A DNA stretch of 64,000 nt from an uncultured Gammaproteobacteria bacterium (GTDB taxonomy: Bacteria; Patescibacteriota; Microgenomatia; UBA8517). Location: positions 99,886 to 163,885 of the forward strand of contig CAZRGC010000005.1 in the NCBI GenBank assembly GCA_964599625.1, given 5' to 3'. The number at the start of each line of letters is the position of its first letter. Positions within the stretch are counted from its first letter, which is position 1. Shown piece after piece: positions 19,131 to 28,432 of this stretch. The notes under the pieces were generated by a model. The model was given only the letters and a program-made list of their open reading frames with translations, was not told the DNA's origin and did no database searches. The translations under genes and the position numbers were made by a program.

Positions 19131-20342
19131 ATGAAAAATCAAAAAAGCAGAAACAGATTTCCGGCAGGTTTTTTATGGGGAACCGCAACCGCCGCCCATC
19201 AAGTGGAGGGTAACAACAAACACAACGATTGGTGGCATTGGGAAAAGTCCAATAAAAAAATTGAAGACTCTGGTGTTGCCTGCGATCACTATCATTTATA
19301 CAAAGAGGACTTCAAGATTGCAAAAACAGTTTTAAACAACAATTCCCACAGGATATCAATAGAGTGGGCAAGAATAGAGCCAAGGCAAGGTGATTATGAT
19401 CAAAAAGAAATAGATCATTACAAAAAAGTATTGAGGCAGCTTAATAAATCAGGTCTAAAATCTATTGTCACCTTAAATCACTTTACAAATCCTCAATGGT
19501 TTGCCGAAAAAGGCGGTTGGACCAACTCAGACAACATCAAATATTTCGAGAGTTTTGTAGAGCTTTGTGTAGAAAATTTTGGTGATTTCATAGACTATTG
19601 GATAGTAATAAACGAACCGAATGTTTACACTTTTATGTCATATCTTCAGGGTTATTGGCCTCCACAAAAAAAATCTTTTTTACTGGCTGCCAAAACTTAC
19701 AATAACTTAGCAAAAGCTCACCGTTCCGCTTATAAAATAATTCACAAATACATTCCGGAGGCCAAGGTTTCTTCTGCAATAAACATGATTTATTTTAAAT
19801 ATCAAAATTTTATAGGAAAAATCTTTTCCGGTTTTTCTTCACTCGCCTGCAACTGGTTGTTTATAAACTTAACCAAAAATCATCACGATTTTATCGGTCT
19901 CAACTATTACATGATGCATATGTCTGGAATCAAAGATCTTTTGCTCAAAAACAAAAAAATTAGAAGGATGAAAGATCTGATTGAAGGAAAGAGAAACGAT
20001 CTTGGCTGGCCAATATACCCTGAAGGAATATATGAGATAACTCAAAAAATAACAAAAAAATACAATCTTCCAATTTTGATAACCGAAAACGGCATAGCCG
20101 ACGAGAAAGACGACAAACGAGGCAGATTTTTGATCGACCACCTTAGTTGGGTTGCCCAGTCGATAAAAGACGGTGCACAAATAATAGGCTATACTCATTG
20201 GACTTTGATGGACAACTTTGAGTGGAGATTTGGAAGGTCAGCTAAATTCGGATTATTCAAAACTGATTACAAGACTTTAAAAAGAATCCCCCGCCCTAGC
20301 GCATTTGTTTATTCAAAAATAGCAAAAGAGAATTCAGTTTAG
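19131..20342 (+). CDS. GH1 family beta-glucosidase
   Basis: FPAGFLWGTATAAHQVEGNN N-terminal GH1 signature, NEP acid/base (VINEPNVY), ITENG nucleophile motif. Start trimmed to the ATG after the upstream stop. Confidence 0.85.
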   Translation: MKNQKSRNRFPAGFLWGTATAAHQVEGNNKHNDWWHWEKSNKKIEDSGVACDHYHLYKEDFKIAKTVLNNNSHRISIEWARIEPRQGDYDQKEIDHYKKVLRQLNKSGLKSIVTLNHFTNPQWFAEKGGWTNSDNIKYFESFVELCVENFGDFIDYWIVINEPNVYTFMSYLQGYWPPQKKSFLLAAKTYNNLAKAHRSAYKIIHKYIPEAKVSSAINMIYFKYQNFIGKIFSGFSSLACNWLFINLTKNHHDFIGLNYYMMHMSGIKDLLLKNKKIRRMKDLIEGKRNDLGWPIYPEGIYEITQKITKKYNLPILITENGIADEKDDKRGRFLIDHLSWVAQSIKDGAQIIGYTHWTLMDNFEWRFGRSAKFGLFKTDYKTLKRIPRPSAFVYSKIAKENSV

Positions 20343-20343
20343 C

Positions 20344-20913
20344 ATGGAAAAAACAAACCTATCTTCACCCGAAGACACAGCCAGGCTTATTGCTGAAAGT
20401 TTCGAAGTATCGGGAGGTTCCAACGAAGCCCATGCCTTGTATATTAGAGGGATTGCCATTCATTTGGGAATCGAAACTAACCAAGTTTCCCAAATTCTCA
20501 GAAGCAGAGCAAAGAGTTTGGATATAAACGAATTTCACACCCTGATGACAAGAATGGCTGGCGGACACAAAGGAAACGAAACTGCCAGATTCCGAACTTC
20601 GCAAACACTTAGGGTTTTTGCAGACGAGCCAAAACAAATAACAATATCCGATCTTATCCCTGAAAACCAAATGGCTTTCAAAAAACTAATGTTTGCAGTC
20701 GAAAACCAATATACACAAGGTCAGGTAGACAGGGCCCTCAAAAGTGTTTGGGAGACACCAGACAGAAACTCTGTTAATCAGGACATGAGGGCTTTGTCCG
20801 CTGAACTTGGGGCATATAGCGGACTTACCTGGTGGGACAATATGAATGAAAATACAAAAAGCCAACTGAAAGAAAGAGGGAGAAAGCTTCTAGAAGTTAA
20901 TAGGTACGGCTAA
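20344..20913 (+). CDS. Hypothetical protein
   Basis: 189-aa hydrophilic ORF immediately after the GH1 gene (1-nt gap). No recognised motifs. Confidence 0.4.
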   Translation: MEKTNLSSPEDTARLIAESFEVSGGSNEAHALYIRGIAIHLGIETNQVSQILRSRAKSLDINEFHTLMTRMAGGHKGNETARFRTSQTLRVFADEPKQITISDLIPENQMAFKKLMFAVENQYTQGQVDRALKSVWETPDRNSVNQDMRALSAELGAYSGLTWWDNMNENTKSQLKERGRKLLEVNRYG

Positions 20914-21946
20914 CTGCTTCAATGCCCGGAAGTGTCTTTTTGGACAGAAATTCCAACATTGCTCCCCCACCAACCGATATCCAATCAAAATCTTTTTCAA
21001 CACCGAAAGCTTTTAGTGCGTTTTCTGTGTCTCCACCTCCTGCAATTTTTTTGGCGGCCGACTTTGCGATAGCTTTTAATACTCTTTCGGTTCCCTGCTT
21101 ATGACCATCGTCTTCATATTTACCCAAAGGGCCGGAAACAACAACAGTTCCCGCTTTTGAAATTTCTTTCTCAAACACGTCAATTGTATTCAAAGTTATA
21201 TCCTCTTTATCCATGATCAGATTCCCCACAATAAGTTTTTCGCTTGGTTTTCTAGACCTTACGCTCACCAATTGTTCGTCCCCCATAAAGTCAGGCAACC
21301 TACCACCGAGGAGTACTTTGTCTGCAAACTCAGTAAAAGCTTTTGCATATTCCAGCTTGTCCTCCTTAATACCGCTTACCAAAATCACCAGAGGACGAGC
21401 GGGGTTTTCAAATACTAAACTTAAGTTTTCCACCTCTTTTGCAAATCTTATTCCAAGCGACGAAGGTAAAAACTTCGGAATCCCCACAATGGATGCATGC
21501 TCTCTGTGTGACGAGGCAAATGCTTCATTGACATAGAAACTGCCCAGGCTGGACAGGTTTTTTGCAAAATTTTCATCGTTTGATTCCTCCCTGTTATCAA
21601 ACCTCAGGTTCTCAAGCATCATTACACTACCGAGGGCTAATTTGTTTGCAGAATCCTGGGCCTCAGCACCTGCTAAATCATACACAAAATTAATTTCCTT
21701 ACCCAACATTTCTGAAAGCAAGACAGATGTTGGTTCCAAGCTCAAAGCGTTATCAATTTTGCCATCAGGGCGGCCCTTGTGGCCAATCAATACAACCGAA
21801 GCACCTTTATCCAAAAGACATTCCAAGGCTTCACCGACTGCAATTATTCTAGGGTCGTCTTGTGTTGGATTATCAACATCCAAATCCCCTCTCAAAATTA
21901 CTCTCTTGCCGGCAAGATCGATGTCTTCCAAATTGGGCAGATTCAT
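20897..21946 (-). CDS. pgk: Phosphoglycerate kinase
   Basis: N-terminal KRVILRGDLDVD (R/D substrate-binding motif) and C-terminal SVGGGAMLEFL match PGK. 349 aa, compact. Confidence 0.8.
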   Translation of the reverse strand: MNLPNLEDIDLAGKRVILRGDLDVDNPTQDDPRIIAVGEALECLLDKGASVVLIGHKGRPDGKIDNALSLEPTSVLLSEMLGKEINFVYDLAGAEAQDSANKLALGSVMMLENLRFDNREESNDENFAKNLSSLGSFYVNEAFASSHREHASIVGIPKFLPSSLGIRFAKEVENLSLVFENPARPLVILVSGIKEDKLEYAKAFTEFADKVLLGGRLPDFMGDEQLVSVRSRKPSEKLIVGNLIMDKEDITLNTIDVFEKEISKAGTVVVSGPLGKYEDDGHKQGTERVLKAIAKSAAKKIAGGGDTENALKAFGVEKDFDWISVGGGAMLEFLSKKTLPGIEAVSRTY

Positions 21947-21947
21947 A

Positions 21948-22394
21948 TCAGTTGTTAGCTTCTATTTTTTCTATTTCCTGTATTCTTCTTTTGTATCGTT
22001 CTTTTCCTGAAAATTTTGTTTCCAAAAAAACCCTAACCATTTCTTTTGCCTCCGCTTCATCTGTGTAATCCGCCGCAATAACCAAGACATTCATGTCATC
22101 ATCGCGTCTGCCCGCCTCAACTTGCTTGGCGTTCTTGCCAACAGACGACCTTATTCCATCAAACTTATTTGCGGTAACGTCCACCCCCACCCCGCTCCCG
22201 CAAAGCAATATTCCTCTGGAATGTTTTTCGTTTGCCACCTGCGAGGCAACACTCTCAGCATATTTTGTAAAGTCGTCATGAGGATCAAGTGAAGCGGCCC
22301 CCATGTCAGTAAAGTCGTTTTTCATATCAAACAACCAAGAAGCAATCTTTTCTTTCAACTCATATCCTCTGTGGTCAGCACCCAGGTAAATCAT
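21948..22394 (-). CDS. rpiB: Ribose-5-phosphate isomerase B
   Basis: MIYLGADHRGYELKEKI and LLCGSGVGVDVTANK are typical RpiB/LacAB motifs. 148 aa. Confidence 0.8.
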   Translation of the reverse strand: MIYLGADHRGYELKEKIASWLFDMKNDFTDMGAASLDPHDDFTKYAESVASQVANEKHSRGILLCGSGVGVDVTANKFDGIRSSVGKNAKQVEAGRRDDDMNVLVIAADYTDEAEAKEMVRVFLETKFSGKERYKRRIQEIEKIEANN

Positions 22395-22396
22395 AT

Positions 22397-23059
22397 TTAG
22401 ATTGTAAACCCTTGGGCTAGATTTTTTAAAGCAGATTTAGGGTCTTCAGCTTTGACAATGTTTGTTGCAATAGCAAACCCCACAGCCCCCAACTCAATAC
22501 TTTTTCTTATATCTTCTGTCGAATGAATACCGGCACCCACAACAAGCGGTATCCCTGCCGCTCTGGCAACTTCCACAGCCTGGGAAATCACTTCAGGTTT
22601 TGCCTCTGTAACCGAAGTTGTAGTAGATCCAACAAGTTCTGGCGGTTCATAGGCAACATAAGTTGGAGCAAGACCCACAATTTTTTTGAGCTCGTTCAAG
22701 TCACCGGCAAAAACTAAAGTTTTCAAGTTTGCAGACATAGATTTTTCAACAGCGGTATACAGACTGTCTATAGTGTCAAACTTGTGTTCCGAGTGATTAA
22801 GAAAAACACCCGAAGCTCCTGTTTTCGCCACTTCTTCGGGAACAACCCATCCTGTGTGTGCACCATAGTTTAGTGGGTCAATATGCTGCACCCACACCTC
22901 TAAAGAAGTTGATTCAACAACTTTTTCCACATCCATTATTTGCACAACAGGAATTATCTTTACTTGAACCTCATGAGCCACAGATTCCAAGATCTTGGTC
23001 AAAGATATCGCGTTTTCGCCAGAACTCTCCTCGTAAGTTTTATAGTTAACAAATATCAT
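22397..23059 (-). CDS. tpiA: Triosephosphate isomerase, short archaeal-type
   Basis: 220 aa. IFVNYKTYEES, LNHSEHK and AYEPPELVGS correspond to the Lys/His/Glu catalytic motifs of archaeal TIMs. Confidence 0.7.
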   Translation of the reverse strand: MIFVNYKTYEESSGENAISLTKILESVAHEVQVKIIPVVQIMDVEKVVESTSLEVWVQHIDPLNYGAHTGWVVPEEVAKTGASGVFLNHSEHKFDTIDSLYTAVEKSMSANLKTLVFAGDLNELKKIVGLAPTYVAYEPPELVGSTTTSVTEAKPEVISQAVEVARAAGIPLVVGAGIHSTEDIRKSIELGAVGFAIATNIVKAEDPKSALKNLAQGFTI

Positions 23060-23063
23060 TTGG

Positions 23064-23315
23064 TTATTCCAAATTTAATATTGAATTTAATTTGCCTTTA
23101 TCAAAACCAAGAATTGTCTCTTTGGAACCGTTTTGTGTTAAAACCGTTGTAAAAGGAACTCCCAAAAAACCACCGGAGCTCTGCATCATTTCATCCCTGG
23201 CTGCATCGTCCATATCTACAAGTTTTTCAGTGAAGTTAACACTCTTTTCCGACAAATAGTCCTTAAGCATTTTGCAATACGGACATGTTGTTGTTGAATA
23301 AATAGTTACCTGCAT
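23064..23315 (-). CDS. Glutaredoxin-like protein (NrdH/Grx, CPYC active site)
   Basis: 83 aa. VTIYSTTTCPYCKMLKDYL with a CxxC thioredoxin-fold active site. Confidence 0.7.
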   Translation of the reverse strand: MQVTIYSTTTCPYCKMLKDYLSEKSVNFTEKLVDMDDAARDEMMQSSGGFLGVPFTTVLTQNGSKETILGFDKGKLNSILNLE

Positions 23316-23330
23316 ATTTTCACCCCCTAA

Positions 23331-23756
23331 TCATTTTACGATAATATTACCATTCATACCTAAATCTTTGTGTCCTCCGACTCCACAATAAAAATTATAA
23401 CTTCCAACCCTGTCAGAAACAAAGTCTACATAACCCTTATTGCCCGGCGCAACATTTCCACTGTCCAAATTCATATCGGGTAAGTGAAGATTGTGGGCCG
23501 TTGACCCGTCATTGACAATCCATATCCGCACTTTTTCCCCTTTTGAGATGTTCAAAGATTCCGGGCTAAAATAAAATTCACTGACAGTAACAACAATCTC
23601 TCTGTCATAAACAAACTCTTTCATTTCGGAAGGATTTTCAGAAACGGTAGAAGGTTTATCTTTTCTTATTACCGGCCTTCCCTTGGCTCCAGAATAAATT
23701 CCAACTACAATAACCATGGTCATTACAGAAAAACCAATTAGGAGGTTTTTGTTCAC
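23331..23756 (-). CDS. Membrane-anchored type-1 (blue) copper protein, cupredoxin fold
   Basis: N-terminal TM. Ligand set His (STAHNLH), Cys-His-Met in YNFYCGVGGHKDLGM, with azurin/plastocyanin-like spacing. Confidence 0.6.
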   Translation of the reverse strand: MNKNLLIGFSVMTMVIVVGIYSGAKGRPVIRKDKPSTVSENPSEMKEFVYDREIVVTVSEFYFSPESLNISKGEKVRIWIVNDGSTAHNLHLPDMNLDSGNVAPGNKGYVDFVSDRVGSYNFYCGVGGHKDLGMNGNIIVK

Positions 23757-23777
23757 AATAGGATTATTTTAGAAGAA

Positions 23778-24263
23778 TCAAAATGAACCCTCAAGCACAT
23801 GCTCTTCGGGTTTTTGATCAGAAGTTTTCTCCAGTGTCACAATAACTTTTCGCAAATCAGAATGATCTAAAACAGATTCAAAGTCTGCCATGTAACCACC
23901 TTTTCCGACACGAAGCTTTCCTAAGGATACAAAACTTGTCCCATCTTTGGTTAACCATCCCTGATAAAAATATCCTTCGGGTGGAGCTTCCACATCAGCA
24001 AGCAGTGTGACTTTGAACTTTCCTCCTTCATATGTTTTTGTTGCAATTGCTATACCAAGTCCCTTCCCTACAGGTATGAGTTCTGCTTTGTGAGTATCGA
24101 CCGGTATTTTTATACCACCAAACTTAGTTGTCACTCTTTCTTCTATAGAAGGTGTCGGATCGGTGTCAACCTGAGTTTTTGTCTTTACTTTTTTGAAATA
24201 AGAAAGTCCGCTGAAGAAGAGCACTAAAATAAGAATACCTGTCACTATGTCTCTTGTTTTCAC
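23778..24263 (-). CDS. Hypothetical membrane-anchored extracellular protein
   Basis: N-terminal TM (IVTGILILVLFFSGL), beta-rich remainder. Same strand as the cupredoxin gene, 21-nt gap. Confidence 0.4.
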   Translation of the reverse strand: MKTRDIVTGILILVLFFSGLSYFKKVKTKTQVDTDPTPSIEERVTTKFGGIKIPVDTHKAELIPVGKGLGIAIATKTYEGGKFKVTLLADVEAPPEGYFYQGWLTKDGTSFVSLGKLRVGKGGYMADFESVLDHSDLRKVIVTLEKTSDQKPEEHVLEGSF

Positions 24264-24466
24264 TATGAGATGAAAATATCATCATACTACAAACATGTCA
24301 AGTGAGTATTAACCGCATATTTACCGCACAATTACCGCCAGCCTCGAATTAAACCCATTGACCCATTTGACATCAAGTAATAAATTGAACTATTGGTGAA
24401 TCACGGTGTAAGTCCGTGGGTGTGCCGCAACCGTATACCCGGAGCCCAAGAGTGACCCGAGCAGGT

Positions 24467-25357
24467 ATGTCGTACGCAGAAAACAGAAAAACAGTTGAAG
24501 ATTTTGTCCCCGGATTCCGCTCCACAGACGGAGAAATGAGGGTTGAACATATAATCTCCGTTTACAAAGAGACCCACAGACTGGTAGACAACTGGCCTTA
24601 CTATATTGATGGTTATGGAATATTTGTGGAGTCCGACGGAAAAAAGACTTACGTAAAAGATATTGTGGCATCTGAGGAATATCCGGAGTCAGCGGAGGCG
24701 CTTGTTTTGGAAAAGCTAGAAAATTGGGCAAAAATAAATGAAACAGGGGTGGCTTTTTGGATCAGCCCTTCATATCCAGGAAAGTACCCTGTTTCAAAAA
24801 TAATAATTCACAAAATTGCATACGAGTTTGGCAGTATGCGCAAAACAGTTCTCAGCTCTGCAATACTTTTTGACTCAGACCACTCTAAAATTTTGGACCT
24901 TATCCAAAAGAACTTTCCCGAAACATCCAGACACACTCTCCTGGAAACTTTGAGGTCGGAGCTTATTGTGGAACACGACTTGTTTGATATTAATAAGCTC
25001 ATAACTGATCTTAAAAAGCTTGACGTAAACATATTAAATACTAAAAACAACATGAGCAGGGAAGATCTCTATTTCCATGCATCTTATATTTCTTCGTTAG
25101 TTGCAGGCGGTGCATCTGGAAGGCTTGTTGCATACGAAATGCAACGCTTGGGACTTCTCGGCCAATTCTCAATAAGTTGTCCACCTAAATCTCTGAACAT
25201 GCAAGGAATTAGTTTTTCTGAATTTGCAGGAATTGGAATCGATCTGCGTGAAGAAGCCAACCTATGGCACCAGGGAATCTGCAGAATGTGTGGAACAAAA
25301 ACTTGGGTCGGAGGATGCGATATTTGTGAACCTTGTGTAAGAGAGAATTTTTCCTGA
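24467..25357 (+). CDS. Hypothetical protein with C-terminal Cys4 zinc-ribbon
   Basis: C-terminal CRMCGTKTWVGGCDICEPC. Start taken at the internal ATG (MSYAENRK); the ORF-track start at 24416 is also possible. The antisense ORF 24390..24731 is rejected. Confidence 0.45.
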   Translation: MSYAENRKTVEDFVPGFRSTDGEMRVEHIISVYKETHRLVDNWPYYIDGYGIFVESDGKKTYVKDIVASEEYPESAEALVLEKLENWAKINETGVAFWISPSYPGKYPVSKIIIHKIAYEFGSMRKTVLSSAILFDSDHSKILDLIQKNFPETSRHTLLETLRSELIVEHDLFDINKLITDLKKLDVNILNTKNNMSREDLYFHASYISSLVAGGASGRLVAYEMQRLGLLGQFSISCPPKSLNMQGISFSEFAGIGIDLREEANLWHQGICRMCGTKTWVGGCDICEPCVRENFS

Positions 25358-25975
25358 TCAATACCTCTCGCCCCTGGGTTTGGCAACAAAAGGTCTGATT
25401 GAATCCATCTCAATTGGTTTTTGCTTGTAAGTAAAAAGGATTTTGTCTATGTAGTTGCCCAAGTCGCGATAATAATAGACATTGTTCAGAATAATATCGT
25501 CTGCGGTGATATCTCCATGCCCCATTGCATCAGGCCTCCCCGGAGTTCGGGCATGAACCACAACGTTTCCAATTGCCATTTGCTTCCAAAGCATATTGGG
25601 TGGATATGTCTTCACTTTCACAACCTCATCCCAAGTTAAAGCTCTGGAATTTGTGGCAAACATGGTTGTAGGTTCAAAGCGAACCAAACGCCTGTCAGTA
25701 ATGTAGGCCACTTCCCTTTTGTGGTAATCACCAACCAACTTTGTGCCAAAAAGAATGGTGGCAACCGACAAAACGATCCCTCCAAGATAAAAAAGCAAAG
25801 GGGCTACTTGAATTTCTTTACCCAAAATCACCAAAACCACCAAAAGGACAATAGAGATTACATAAATCTTTATAAGGGTGAAGATTCTAGCCATTGGGTG
25901 TGGCCTGACCACATAAAGGATCTTCTCGTTCTCCTGACGGCCAAAAAAGTCCTCGTCCGAATTTTGCATTGACAT
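25358..25975 (-). CDS. Membrane protein with bacterial PH-like (bPH_2/DUF304-type) domain
   Basis: Two TM helices (IYVISIVLLVVLVILG; LLFYLGGIVLSVATILF) followed by a soluble domain of bPH-like size. Confidence 0.45.
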   Translation of the reverse strand: MSMQNSDEDFFGRQENEKILYVVRPHPMARIFTLIKIYVISIVLLVVLVILGKEIQVAPLLFYLGGIVLSVATILFGTKLVGDYHKREVAYITDRRLVRFEPTTMFATNSRALTWDEVVKVKTYPPNMLWKQMAIGNVVVHARTPGRPDAMGHGDITADDIILNNVYYYRDLGNYIDKILFTYKQKPIEMDSIRPFVAKPRGERY

Positions 25976-26015
25976 AGGCTAATTTTAATCCATTTGAAGT
26001 TTTGAAGCAAAAAAA

Positions 26016-27020
26016 TTACTTTGCGAAGATTATTGTGTTTGGTAAATCACGCCCTGGGCCTGCTTTGTAGGCTCCGTTATAGTACAAGGCTGTGGAGCCT
26101 CCCGAATCCAAATTCATAGCACCCGAGGCACCCAAAGCCTTAAAAACATATGCAAACTGCTGCATGTTTACACCGCTGGCCATTACAACCAATGCCCTCC
26201 TTGTGCCCACAACTCCAATACCCATCTTAGTACCTGCCGCTTTTTGTTTATCAGATAACCCTGATTGGTTGTCGTCTATTTGAACATTTCCGTTATCCAA
26301 AAGCCCGGGAGAATTTACAATTCCGGCACTGAGTCCGCCGGAAAACGAGGAAGCGTTTTGGATATAATGTATTCCGCTACCATCAAAGTACACCATTGCC
26401 CTGGAATTCCAGGAAAGGTTGCCTCCGTTTATCCACTTACCCAGCCTGGAATTGTAGACAGGAAAATCAAAAGAATTTGTCTTACTGGCACATTCCGAAT
26501 AGCTTGCCGGACAAAAATATGATCCGTTTACCCCCGCAAAACCACCGTTTCTGGTGATATAGCTTGCCAAAGGCATTACCGCACAGCCCGTTCCGCAATC
26601 ACCGTCGTTTCCTGTGTCGGTTATCATTCTTGCAGAGTTAAGATCAACCGAAAGTATAGTCGCCTTGAAGTCCCCTTTTTCCGTGTGAACCGTTGCGTAA
26701 GTTAAACCAGCTCCCGGAGGCCCTGTGATCGGCTTAATACTTGGTGTAGGGGTAGCGGTTGGTTTAGGTGTAACAACGGGTGTGGGGGTGAAAGTTGGTG
26801 TCGGTGAAGGTGTAGGCTCGAATGTAGGGGTTGGTGTGGCACTTTCTATTGGTTCAACCACTGGTGTACTCACAATCGATACGTCTTCTTTTTGATTTTG
26901 TTTTGATTTTCCCAAAAAAGGAATCGCCACGACCGCCGTTATAAGTGCCCCAATCACAATAAGTGGTAGAAGGTGAATCACTCCCCCACTCTTAGTCTTT
27001 GCTGATTTGTAAACCTCCAT
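26016..27020 (-). CDS. Phosphodiester glycosidase family protein (NAGPA-like/DUF2233) with Pro/Thr-rich linker
   Basis: N-terminal TM, PTPTFEPTPSPTPTFTPTP linker, C-terminal LDSGGSTALYYNG motif typical of phosphodiester glycosidase domains. Confidence 0.5.
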   Translation of the reverse strand: MEVYKSAKTKSGGVIHLLPLIVIGALITAVVAIPFLGKSKQNQKEDVSIVSTPVVEPIESATPTPTFEPTPSPTPTFTPTPVVTPKPTATPTPSIKPITGPPGAGLTYATVHTEKGDFKATILSVDLNSARMITDTGNDGDCGTGCAVMPLASYITRNGGFAGVNGSYFCPASYSECASKTNSFDFPVYNSRLGKWINGGNLSWNSRAMVYFDGSGIHYIQNASSFSGGLSAGIVNSPGLLDNGNVQIDDNQSGLSDKQKAAGTKMGIGVVGTRRALVVMASGVNMQQFAYVFKALGASGAMNLDSGGSTALYYNGAYKAGPGRDLPNTIIFAK

Positions 27021-27060
27021 TTATTCATTCTATATGTAGAACACACCACCCACAACGTAC

Positions 27061-27089
27061 TTGACAATAAAAATAGCCATGTCTAAAAT
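27061..27089 (+). promoter_or_regulatory. Sigma-70-like promoter for mntH (TTGACA-N17-TAAAAT) placing the TSS a few nt from the ATG (leaderless or near-leaderless)
   Basis: ttgaca at 27061-27066, 17-nt spacer, taaaat at 27084-27089, ATG at 27098. Confidence 0.4.
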
Positions 27090-27100
27090 ATTTAGCTATG
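27078..27100. promoter_or_regulatory. Imperfect inverted repeat (catgtctaaa-atat-ttagctatg) overlapping the -10 box and start codon; candidate MntR operator
   Basis: 8/10 matching half-sites. Positioned where a DtxR-family repressor would occlude the promoter. Confidence 0.3.
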
Positions 27101-28426
27101 GGAAACATTTTCAAAGTCAAAAAGAATAAATATATCCACAAAAGTTTGGAGGAGGTCCATAGAAGCATCCCTATACTCCCCCATTTTGGATGGTGGAGAA
27201 AACTCTTGGCATTCGCAGGTCCGGGATATTTGGTTGCTGTTGGCTACATGGACCCGGGAAATTGGGCCACAGATCTTGCGGGCGGATCAAAATTTGGTTT
27301 TCAACTTTTGAGTGTGGTCCTTATTTCAAACTTCATGGCCATAATTCTTCAACACCTTTCGCTAAAACTTGGAATCGCCACAGGACGTGACCTCGCCAGA
27401 ATGTGTAGAGATTATTATCCCAAGTGGGTAAACAGATTTCTTTGGATAACCGCAGAAATTGCAATTACAGCTTGTGATTTAGCGGAGGTAATAGGTTCGG
27501 CAATTGCTTTAAACCTGCTTTTCAATATACCAATCCTTGCGGGTGTGCTTATCACAGCATTTGACAGTTTGTTGCTGTTGTTTTTGCAGGCAAAAGGATT
27601 AAGATATTTGGAGATATTTGTCATCTCACTGATAGCTATAATTTTGGCTTCATTCCTTGTCGAGATAGGTCTATCAAAACCACAAATAGCAGGAATTTTG
27701 GGTGGAATCATCCCCAGCAAGGAACTCTTTACAAATCAAGAGATGCTTTATATTGCAATCGGGATACTTGGTGCAACGGTGATGCCACACAACCTATATT
27801 TGCACTCTGCGCTTGTTCAATCAAGAAAGTTCGCCACTAACCTTAAAGGCAAGATCGAAGCAGTAAAGTTTGCAACGATAGATTCGACATTCGCACTTTT
27901 GATTGCTTCATTCATCAATGCATCAATCTTGATTGTCTCTGCTGCCACATTTTTTACAAACGGACTAAACGAAGTTGCCGAAATTCAAGACGCTTACAAA
28001 CTGCTTTCCCCACTTTTGGGAACAAGCATGGCAAGCACACTCTTTGCTCTAGCACTTCTGGCTTCTGGCCACAACTCAACGATCACGGGAACTTTAGCGG
28101 GGCAGGTTGTCATGGAGGGATTTGTAAATATTCATATAAAGCCCTGGCAACGACGTCTCATTACAAGACTCCTGGCAATTGTTCCTGCCATAGTTGTGGT
28201 GGTTGTTTCGGGCACAGAAGGCCTTGCAAAACTTCTTGTTTTGAGCCAGGTAGTGCTTTCTATACAGCTGCCTTTTGCAATTATTCCGCTTACTTATATG
28301 ACCGGGAGCAAAAAACTTATGGGTAAGCTTGTCAACCCCAAATGGCTGGCTGCTATGTCCTGGACCATAACCGCAATAATTACTCTACTTAACGTCTGGC
28401 TGATCAAACAAACTTTTGCCGCATAA
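27098..28426 (+). CDS. mntH: Nramp-family divalent metal (Mn2+/Fe2+) transporter
   Basis: AFAGPGYLVAVGYMDPGNWATDLAGGSKFGF is the canonical Nramp signature. 11-12 TM helices. Confidence 0.9.
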   Translation: MGNIFKVKKNKYIHKSLEEVHRSIPILPHFGWWRKLLAFAGPGYLVAVGYMDPGNWATDLAGGSKFGFQLLSVVLISNFMAIILQHLSLKLGIATGRDLARMCRDYYPKWVNRFLWITAEIAITACDLAEVIGSAIALNLLFNIPILAGVLITAFDSLLLLFLQAKGLRYLEIFVISLIAIILASFLVEIGLSKPQIAGILGGIIPSKELFTNQEMLYIAIGILGATVMPHNLYLHSALVQSRKFATNLKGKIEAVKFATIDSTFALLIASFINASILIVSAATFFTNGLNEVAEIQDAYKLLSPLLGTSMASTLFALALLASGHNSTITGTLAGQVVMEGFVNIHIKPWQRRLITRLLAIVPAIVVVVVSGTEGLAKLLVLSQVVLSIQLPFAIIPLTYMTGSKKLMGKLVNPKWLAAMSWTITAIITLLNVWLIKQTFAA

Positions 28427-28432
28427 AAAAAT

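Noticed and set aside
24390-24731. 113-aa minus-strand ORF
   Set aside because: Completely overlaps the better-supported plus-strand gene (24416/24467..25357). Its translation is low-complexity, with no motif.
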